The translations under genes and the position numbers were made by a program. Of a stretch of 16,683 nucleotides of DNA, positions 7,348 to 14,267 are shown one piece after another. The notes under the pieces are model-generated. The model saw only the letters and a program-made list of their open reading frames with translations, had not been told where the DNA came from and searched no databases. The stretch is taken from NCBI GenBank assembly GCA_938091905.1, contig CALKOM010000042.1:1-16683 (forward strand). Direction: 5' to 3'. Numbering within the stretch: the stretch's first letter is position 1; every line of letters begins with the position of its first letter. Source of the DNA: an uncultured Verrucomicrobiales bacterium. Its GTDB lineage: Bacteria; Verrucomicrobiota; Verrucomicrobiia; Verrucomicrobiales; DEV007.

Positions 7348-10300
7348 TTACCGATCAATGATGATATCATCAATGTACCAACCGGCACCGACGCTGTCAT
7401 CACCATCCGTAAGCATACGAAATTCGAGAATCACTGCCTGTCCCCGAGCTTCAGTTGGAAACCTCAATTCGAAACTGATCCAGTCATCACTCGTGCCAGA
7501 GAAGATCCCTTCCTGAGTGTAGAGAGGCATGCCTGCTTCATTTAAAATTCGAAACTGCCCGCCCTCAACGTCGAAAACGGAATCAATGAAGTAGTTAAAC
7601 GTCAATATTGGTCGTCCAATCTCCGTAAGGTCGATCACCGGTGATCGAAGACTTAAGTTGGCGTTTGGAGAATAGTCGCTGGCGAGATTCGTGCCCCACG
7701 CGTTGTCGCCGCTGGCAGCAGCAGTGAGGCCGCCAGCGTTGGGAGTCCCAAGTTCCCATTGCGTATCGCCAGCTTGAGTTTCGGCGACCCAACCTTCAGC
7801 ACCAGATTCGAAGTCTTCTGCATAGACGGGCGGGGGTGGAAAGATCCCAACGCGATAGTGAAGCATCGGATCTCCACTTGCTGCGGTTGTTAAGCGGAAC
7901 ACGTCTTCACCGAGTTCAGAAAACACCGCATTACTATCAATTTCCCAATCGATCAAATTGACACTCGTTTGCAACTGATGATTTCCGCTAGGGTCAGGAG
8001 TGATGAAGTCAAACACAGACTCATCATTCCCCAAGGTCATGCCCACGATCTCGAAGGGCAGTTGCGGTCCAGCAACGAGATGCGAGCCGCCAACCAGCTC
8101 CCATTCACCAGCCAAGGCTTCACCGATTACGGTATCCTCATCCAAGGCAAACGAACCTTTCGCGAAATAGAGTTCGCCCTGATTCCCTCCACCTCGTTCA
8201 TACCACCAGAACTCAATGGGGTAATGTCCGGGTTCATCGAATTGAGCCACGGCGCGCGAATTGGTATCTCCGCTTGCGCTAGGATAGGCATAGGTATTGG
8301 TCTGAACACTATCGATCCTGGCAACACCGTTCTCACTCACAAACTCAGCCCCAAAGATGCGCAATCCAAAGCCGTCATCTGTGTGGACACCAAAGGTATA
8401 GGCCCCAGCTTCTGTGATATTGAGAGTACCTTTGTAAGAGACAACAAAGTCGTCATTGGTCCAAAGACCATCTTCATCACTCTCGACCTCCTCCGGGTAA
8501 GGAAGCCCGTCGGGAAAGAAGCCTCCACCATGGTCGGCAACGGGCGCGGTGGTATCAAAGATTCTGCCGCCAAAGGCAAGATCATCGGACTCCTGGATGA
8601 ACTCGAGAGCCGTGCTGCCCGTAGCCATCAGGCCTACGCCCCACAGATAGCGCACGCCCCACACGCCATCGCCACCACTCGGACCGACCAACGGCGTTTG
8701 AAAGGGCATGATCGGCGTGGGTAAGATCGCCTCGCCTTCCCCGGAGCGAACGGCGTCGTTGCCATTGGTGTCTTTCGCCACAATCTTAAACGGAAGTGTT
8801 GAGCCTGGAATCCATGGTTCAGCCGGCGTGTAGACGACCAGGGCACCGTTCTCAGTATCGGTGATCGTCGGTGTGACAACCTCGCCATCAACCGTGAGGA
8901 CGATTGATTCCCTATCAAGCACACTATCAGGCGAGTTGCGGAATTCAAAGCTGAGCATCTCGGGCGAACTCAAAATCTTGTTGATCAACACCAATTCTTT
9001 GGCACCTGAACCGGCCGTTTGACGAATGATCATGCCACTGACACCACCCGTGTTGTCTTCCAAATGTTTGTACCACAATGCTTGGCCAGCACTGACATCC
9101 ACCACGACCGTGCCGCTGAGACCAGCGAAATTGCCAGTGTTCGGTTCGGCCGGTTCGTTGTCGCCAGCCCAGATCTTGGCAACCTGGTCGCCATCGGTCG
9201 TGCGCCCTTCAAAAACAGTGACATTGTAAGTTCCGGCCGGAAGCCCATCAATTCGCATGCGCGCTTCCGTACCTGCGGTGTCGACATTCTTATAAAGGTA
9301 GTCGTTGCGCGCTTCGACAGGCACCGAGATGCCATCATACTCGGCAGGCTCTTCTGGGGGTGCAGGATTGTTCGCCGTGAATCCATCATCCAGCGCCGTG
9401 ATCGTGAGACCGCCCCCCAAGTCAGTGAGTTCATCTTGGACAAGTTCTTCGATAGTAATCCAAGGTTCTGTCGAGGCGCCGGCCCCATTTCCTTCATTCC
9501 CACCGAAATCAAGCGCGATCGGAGGCAAGAGCGCCACGCTTGTCTGGCGAATGATCATGCCGCTAATGCCACCGGTGTTGTCTTCGAGGTGCTTGTACCA
9601 GAGCGCCTGTCCAGCCAGGAGAGTGACCTCAACGGAAGCACTTCCACCGGCATAGTTGTCCGTATTCGGCTCAACTGGCTCGTTGTCGCCGACCCAAATC
9701 TTTCCTAACTGATTGTCATCCGTGGTCCGTCCCTCGAACATCGTGATCTTATAAGAACCAGCAGGCAAGCCATCGAACCGCATGCGCGCTTCGGTGCCCG
9801 CTGTATCGACGTTCTTATAAAGGTAGTCATTTCGTGCTTCCGCCGGAACACTGAAACTATCATATTCCGCACCCTCTTCCGGAGGCGCCGGATTGTTGGC
9901 AGTAAAGCCATCGTCCAAGGCGGTGACGGTCACGCCATTTTTCAAATCCGTGAGTTGATCTTGAACAAGTTCTTCTAACGTAATCCAAGGATCAGGAGAA
10001 GAACCGGCCCCGTTTCCTTCATCGCCGCCGAAATCAAGCAGCAAAGTCGTGAGTGCGGAAGGCGTTGCTGTTTGGCGAATGATCATGCCGCTCACGCCAC
10101 CCGTGTTATCCTCCAGGTGCTTGTACCAGAGTGGCTGCCCAGCTTCGAGAGTGACCTCAACGGAAGCGCTTCCTCCGGCATAGTTGTCCGTATTCGGTTC
10201 AGCGGGTTCGTTGTCGCCCACCCAAATCTTTCCTAACTGATTGTCATCCGTGGTCCGGCCCTCGAACATCGTGATCTTATAAGAACCAGCAGGCAAGCCA

Positions 10301-10680
10301 TCGAACCGCATGCGTGCTTCCGTGCCCGCGGTGTCGACGTTTTTATAAAGGTAATCGTTCCGCGCTTCTGCTGGAACACTGACGCTATCATACTCGGCAC
10401 CCTCTTCCGGAGGAGCAGGATTGTTCGCAGTAAAGCCATCGTCCAAGGCGGTAACGGTGACGCCATCTTTCAAATCCGTGAGTTGATCTTGAATAAGTTC
10501 TTCTAATGTAATCCAAGGATCAGGAGAGGAGCCGGCGCCATTGCCCTCATCGCCGCCGAAGTCGATGAGCAATGTCAATTGCGCCTGCGCGGCGCTCAAG
10601 GTCAGAAACAGAAGGAGAGCCGGGGAAAGTGAGAGAAAGGCTCTCCAACAATGAAGATGAGATTGCTGAGGGAGTTTCAT
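7348..10680 (-). CDS. Large acidic secreted/surface protein: signal peptide, 3 tandem ~175-aa beta-sandwich repeats, Ig-like spacer, PA14-like domain, Ig-like 'W...YRV' module and C-terminal MAM-like jelly-roll
   Basis: 1110 aa with signal ...LLLFLTLSAAQA and three repeats (DFGG.EGNGAG ... GG.SGMIIRQT). PA14-like stretch DDFVVSYKGTLNITEAGAYTFGVHTDDGFGLRI...YPIEFWWYERGGG. C-terminal EDFESG..GW...WELGTP...LRSPVIDL...GWYIDDI. Confidence 0.85.
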   Translation of the reverse strand: MKLPQQSHLHCWRAFLSLSPALLLFLTLSAAQAQLTLLIDFGGDEGNGAGSSPDPWITLEELIQDQLTDLKDGVTVTALDDGFTANNPAPPEEGAEYDSVSVPAEARNDYLYKNVDTAGTEARMRFDGLPAGSYKITMFEGRTTDDNQLGKIWVGDNEPAEPNTDNYAGGSASVEVTLEAGQPLWYKHLEDNTGGVSGMIIRQTATPSALTTLLLDFGGDEGNGAGSSPDPWITLEELVQDQLTDLKNGVTVTALDDGFTANNPAPPEEGAEYDSFSVPAEARNDYLYKNVDTAGTEARMRFDGLPAGSYKITMFEGRTTDDNQLGKIWVGDNEPVEPNTDNYAGGSASVEVTLLAGQALWYKHLEDNTGGISGMIIRQTSVALLPPIALDFGGNEGNGAGASTEPWITIEELVQDELTDLGGGLTITALDDGFTANNPAPPEEPAEYDGISVPVEARNDYLYKNVDTAGTEARMRIDGLPAGTYNVTVFEGRTTDGDQVAKIWAGDNEPAEPNTGNFAGLSGTVVVDVSAGQALWYKHLEDNTGGVSGMIIRQTAGSGAKELVLINKILSSPEMLSFEFRNSPDSVLDRESIVLTVDGEVVTPTITDTENGALVVYTPAEPWIPGSTLPFKIVAKDTNGNDAVRSGEGEAILPTPIMPFQTPLVGPSGGDGVWGVRYLWGVGLMATGSTALEFIQESDDLAFGGRIFDTTAPVADHGGGFFPDGLPYPEEVESDEDGLWTNDDFVVSYKGTLNITEAGAYTFGVHTDDGFGLRIFGAEFVSENGVARIDSVQTNTYAYPSASGDTNSRAVAQFDEPGHYPIEFWWYERGGGNQGELYFAKGSFALDEDTVIGEALAGEWELVGGSHLVAGPQLPFEIVGMTLGNDESVFDFITPDPSGNHQLQTSVNLIDWEIDSNAVFSELGEDVFRLTTAASGDPMLHYRVGIFPPPPVYAEDFESGAEGWVAETQAGDTQWELGTPNAGGLTAAASGDNAWGTNLASDYSPNANLSLRSPVIDLTEIGRPILTFNYFIDSVFDVEGGQFRILNEAGMPLYTQEGIFSGTSDDWISFELRFPTEARGQAVILEFRMLTDGDDSVGAGWYIDDIIIDR
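9017..10578 (-). repeat. Three intragenic tandem repeats (periods 528 and 525 bp; 176 and 175 aa)
   Basis: The anchor 'gatcatgcc' occurs at 10081, 9553 and 9028. Units are about 10578-10070, 10050-9542 and 9522-9017. Units 1 and 2 are nearly identical in protein; unit 3 is more diverged. Confidence 0.95.
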
Positions 10681-10694
10681 TTCGATTCGGAATC

Positions 10695-10783
10695 AAGCTA
10701 CGGAAAACTTCCATTCTGGGGCAAGCTAATAATGACGTTATCCGTTGACAGTCAATAGTTGCTGCATGCAAGCTCCCTTGCCC
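10695..10783. promoter_or_regulatory. Divergent promoter region: candidate sigma70-like promoter on the - strand plus a central palindrome
   Basis: On the - strand, TTGCCC (10724-10719) is followed by an 18-nt spacer and TAGCTT (10700-10695), just upstream of ATG 10680. Palindrome TTGAC-A-GTCAA lies at 10745-10755, flanked by inverted GGGCAAG (10719-10725) and CTTGCCC (10777-10783). Confidence 0.35.
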
Positions 10784-10874
10784 GCCGGGAAACGCTAGTG
10801 TTCGTCTATTGGGGTTATGACTAGTGCCGACAGAAACGATGATGAAATCTAATTGGAATTTACGACTAAGGGCA

Positions 10875-13175
10875 ATGGTAGTGGAGCCTTCGAAAAGATT
10901 TATTCTGAAAATCACAGCATTGATGTTTGGAGTTCTTGGCGCCCAAGCTGAGGTCACCATTGAACCCACCATAGTATCGCTACGGCACGTTGATTATGCC
11001 TTTGCCGTAGAGAAGAACGAGCAGGGGGTGCCCGTCATCGATTGGGACACGTTTCGTGCGCAACCGCGTAAGGTCATCACTCAGGATCGTGAGGGTCTCA
11101 TTCTAGAAAATCAGTGGTTCTCTACGACGCTCATTCCATCGATGGGACGGGTGTATTCGTTTATCGATAAAGCGACGAATCAGGAACAACTCTACATCAA
11201 TCGACTCGCCATTCCGTTAGGTGCGCACAATGATACCGGCTTCTGGATGACCTGGGGCGGGGTCGAGCACGTGATGCCGCGCGGCGAGCATGGAACCAGT
11301 CACGCCTTGGATTGGAAATGGGAGATCATCCAGCAAGACGCAGGGCGATGTGCCGTCCGTATGTCTTCGGTTGAGCCCCTAACGGGGTTGCGACATCAAA
11401 TCACTTATGCCGTGTATTCTAATCGTTCCTCGCTAGAAACGGAGATCTTGGTGCACAATCCTGGCGACCAGGAAGTGGCCTTTTCACACTGGACTACGGC
11501 AACCTTGGCCCCCGGTGGCCGTGGCGAAGTCACGCCTCGAACCGAAATCATTGTGCCGGCGGATTCCTTCGTCCCAGATGATCGAGATTTCAATGTGTGG
11601 ATGGAAGGCATGACCGGCGCGACTGACAAATCCCCTCTCCGTTGGGTCGGAAACTGGAAGGAGATCGGCGATCTCATGGCCACTCCCTTGCATGATCCCT
11701 ACTTCGCCGTCTACTCTCATGAACTGGATTCAGGATTGGTGCGCACCTTTGATCGCAAGGTCACGCCCGGCTTCGATATCTGGGGTTGGGGCTACCCGCC
11801 ATCCGAGAATCGGCAGCGTGAATTCACCGACCAACTTTCGACCACCGGCTATATAGAGATTTGGAATGGAACCACGAAGGGTTTCTCTGACGATGCGTTA
11901 GGGCAGATTAGCGCTGGCGAGTCGATACGATGGACCGAAAGAATGTTCTCTCTGTCCGGTATTAACCACAAATCAGACCTTCGCGATGAAATCTCCAGAC
12001 GCAGCAAGGCAGCCCTAACTGTTGCCTCAACGAGTAACACCCGACCCGATCTTATCGAGAGCATTGATCTTCAAGTTATCGCTAACGGACGACCGGAGTT
12101 GAATTGGTTCCAGTCGCGCCCCACCGTGATTCCAGGAACGCCGAACACCATTCTTGTGACGACCCAAGAATTTCGCCCGTCTGAAACTCATGGCTACTAC
12201 AACATCTTCGCGTTTACCAGCAACGACGGCGGGAGTTCCTGGACAGAACCTGAGAAAGTCCCGTCCTTGCAGCGGGTGCGGCAGGCCAATGACTTTGATC
12301 GAGTCGCTGGTGACCTCTGGCTCTCCTGGCATCCGCAATCAAAGCGCGTCTTGGCTACTGGAAAAACCTTCCACTTTGCCCAAGGCAAGCGCGAGGACAA
12401 CCAACGCGAAGAAGTATCTTATGCCGTCTACAACCCAGCAGACCAATCTTGGACTGGTCTGCAAACGGTGACCTTGCCAGAGACGGATTCATCTGGCCGT
12501 CGCTTCGTCACTCCCAATGCCGGATGCAATCAACCTGCCGTGCTTGCCTCGGGGGACATCTTGTTACCCATACGCTATCAGAAGCACCCAGAGAAGGTGA
12601 ACTACACGACCGCCGTTGTTAGGTGCCGCTTCGACGGACAAACCCTGAACTACATCAATCATGGAACCGAGTTGTCGTACCCCAAGGGCCGCGGCCTCTA
12701 CGAGCCATCGCTAACGCAGTTTCAAGATCGGTTCTATCTCACACTCCGTGCGGATCATTCTGCCTATGTGGCGGCAAGCGATGACGGGTTGACATTCCCT
12801 GATGGTGTTACCGAATGGCGCTTTGAAGACGGAGAGCCCCTGGGAAGCTACAATACACAACAACATTGGGTCGTGCATCCGCAGGAGAAAGGACTTTTTC
12901 TCGCCTACACAAGACGAGGTGCAAACAACGATCATATCTTTCGTCATCGCGCTCCGCTATTCATCGCCCAAGTCGATCCCAAGACTCTGCGCGTGATACG
13001 CGACACAGAACGCGTGCTCGTGCCTGAGAATCATGCCTGCCTAGGGAACTTTGGCGCATGCCAACTTTCGAATAATGAAACGTTAGTCGTGACCTCGGAA
13101 TACCTACTCCCCAAGACGAAACGTGCCGGAAAACCGAATCGTGTTCTCATGGCAAAGATCCATTGGAGGCTCTAG
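10875..13175 (+). CDS. Exported fusion protein: N-terminal DUF5107/galactose-mutarotase-like beta-supersandwich plus C-terminal sialidase-like (BNR) propeller
   Basis: N-half LILENQWFSTTLIPSMGRVYSFIDK.TNQEQLY.N...WMTWGGVEH..P..EHG...IWGWG...YIEIWNG is DUF5107-like. C-half has SNDGGSSW, GLYEPSL, LRAD, SDDGLTF, SYNTQQHW, FRHRAPL and LGNFG. Signal ...KRFILKITALMFGVLGAQA. The start is uncertain (10824, 10839, 10842 or 10875). Confidence 0.8.
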   Translation: MVVEPSKRFILKITALMFGVLGAQAEVTIEPTIVSLRHVDYAFAVEKNEQGVPVIDWDTFRAQPRKVITQDREGLILENQWFSTTLIPSMGRVYSFIDKATNQEQLYINRLAIPLGAHNDTGFWMTWGGVEHVMPRGEHGTSHALDWKWEIIQQDAGRCAVRMSSVEPLTGLRHQITYAVYSNRSSLETEILVHNPGDQEVAFSHWTTATLAPGGRGEVTPRTEIIVPADSFVPDDRDFNVWMEGMTGATDKSPLRWVGNWKEIGDLMATPLHDPYFAVYSHELDSGLVRTFDRKVTPGFDIWGWGYPPSENRQREFTDQLSTTGYIEIWNGTTKGFSDDALGQISAGESIRWTERMFSLSGINHKSDLRDEISRRSKAALTVASTSNTRPDLIESIDLQVIANGRPELNWFQSRPTVIPGTPNTILVTTQEFRPSETHGYYNIFAFTSNDGGSSWTEPEKVPSLQRVRQANDFDRVAGDLWLSWHPQSKRVLATGKTFHFAQGKREDNQREEVSYAVYNPADQSWTGLQTVTLPETDSSGRRFVTPNAGCNQPAVLASGDILLPIRYQKHPEKVNYTTAVVRCRFDGQTLNYINHGTELSYPKGRGLYEPSLTQFQDRFYLTLRADHSAYVAASDDGLTFPDGVTEWRFEDGEPLGSYNTQQHWVVHPQEKGLFLAYTRRGANNDHIFRHRAPLFIAQVDPKTLRVIRDTERVLVPENHACLGNFGACQLSNNETLVVTSEYLLPKTKRAGKPNRVLMAKIHWRL

Positions 13176-13240
13176 ACTTCGGGACAGAAGCAGCCCTCCG
13201 TTACCTCCTGTAAAAGACATCCTCCATGCCTCGCTTCTTT

Positions 13241-13264
13241 CTTTGTGCTTTCGTGACTTCGTGT
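13241..13264. repeat. Degenerate 8-nt tandem repeat (ctttgtgc tttcgtga cttcgtgt), possibly a remnant of an intergenic dispersed repeat
   Basis: Directly visible 8-nt periodicity in the intergenic region between convergent genes. Confidence 0.4.
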
Positions 13265-13317
13265 GAGAATAAAAGCCGCCGGACAAGCGGGACAGAGCGG
13301 GCCCTAACTCCTGCTGC

Positions 13318-13343
13318 AATTGTGCACTCATGAGTGCACAATT
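13318..13343. repeat. Perfect 26-bp palindrome AATTGTGCACTCATGAGTGCACAATT between convergent genes
   Basis: 13318-13330 is the exact reverse complement of 13331-13343. It extends by TGC/GCA with a one-base bulge. There is no poly-U tract. Confidence 0.9.
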
Positions 13344-13391
13344 CGCACGCCGCATTCCAGTTCAACCATTTCGTTCGCGGTTCTAACGAAT

Positions 13392-14240
13392 CTAAAAACG
13401 AATCCGATGGAGATCGCCCATAGCGGACAGGCTCAGGTCTTTGAGCGAGGCGCGTTTGCCCTCGGCGTAGAATTCCTCCACGCTGATCTCGAACACCTCT
13501 TCAAAGAGCGCTTTCCAATTCTCGTCCGTCGGCTGGCGTTTCCAATAATCCACCATGCGCTGGAACCCGGCCTTGCGGCAGGCGAACAGCACCATGGCCG
13601 TAGAGGTGCCGTAGTTGATCTCCGGATTCTCATACGTCTCCATTGTCGCTCCGAAAACTGCGGGCAAGGCATGACGCAATTGCGCGCGTTGCGCGTAGTG
13701 CGGATTGTTCTCAAAGTCCTTGAGATACATCGATTCGAAGACCGCCGCCGAACCTTCGATCACCCATTTGATCGTGAAGTCAGGATGCATTGAAGGGTTC
13801 ACGTGGCGCTGGTAGACATGAAAGTATTCGTGGGCGATGACCGAGAGCAGGTGCGGGTGCTTCTCTTTTCGCTCAGTCTCAGGAATCTCCAGCACCATCA
13901 AGACTCGTTCCCGACCGTCCGCATCCGTGCCCCCACTCACATACTGGCCACCCTGCAGTCGCTTGCCATGGACGACTGGAGGCTTGTTTGAAGAGGGCCA
14001 CGCCACGATGTCGATGTCGTAGTATCCAAGACGCTTCGTCACGTTACCGATGACACGGCGGAACGCGCGCTCCCAATCCGCAGGCACCTCGTGGAAGTGT
14101 TCCGTGGCGCAATAGGAGTCGCATTTCCTTAGGGGCGCGACCTCGTCTTCTTTGGCTTCTTTGGCTTCTAACGGAGACATTAAGGCCCCTAGGAGAACGG
14201 AACCCGCTAGTGTAAAGATTCGTGGATTGAAGCTTGTCAT
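13392..14240 (-). CDS. Exported gluzincin-type zinc metallopeptidase-like protein
   Basis: 282 aa with VIAHEYFHVYQ (HEXXH) followed by WVIEGSA (third Zn ligand Glu). Downstream NYG...Y and 'W..LFEEVFEISVEEFY' resemble peptidase MA-like C-termini. Signal peptide ends ...MSPLEA. Confidence 0.75.
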   Translation of the reverse strand: MTSFNPRIFTLAGSVLLGALMSPLEAKEAKEDEVAPLRKCDSYCATEHFHEVPADWERAFRRVIGNVTKRLGYYDIDIVAWPSSNKPPVVHGKRLQGGQYVSGGTDADGRERVLMVLEIPETERKEKHPHLLSVIAHEYFHVYQRHVNPSMHPDFTIKWVIEGSAAVFESMYLKDFENNPHYAQRAQLRHALPAVFGATMETYENPEINYGTSTAMVLFACRKAGFQRMVDYWKRQPTDENWKALFEEVFEISVEEFYAEGKRASLKDLSLSAMGDLHRIRF

Positions 14241-14267
14241 GGTGAAAGAGTGAGTTGTTCGACAGGC

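Noticed and set aside
9017..10578. Long direct repeats considered as a CRISPR array or a DGR template/variable repeat pair
   Set aside because: The repeats are in-frame ~525-bp coding units whose differences are mainly synonymous and not adenine-specific. There are no spacers, cas genes or reverse transcriptase.
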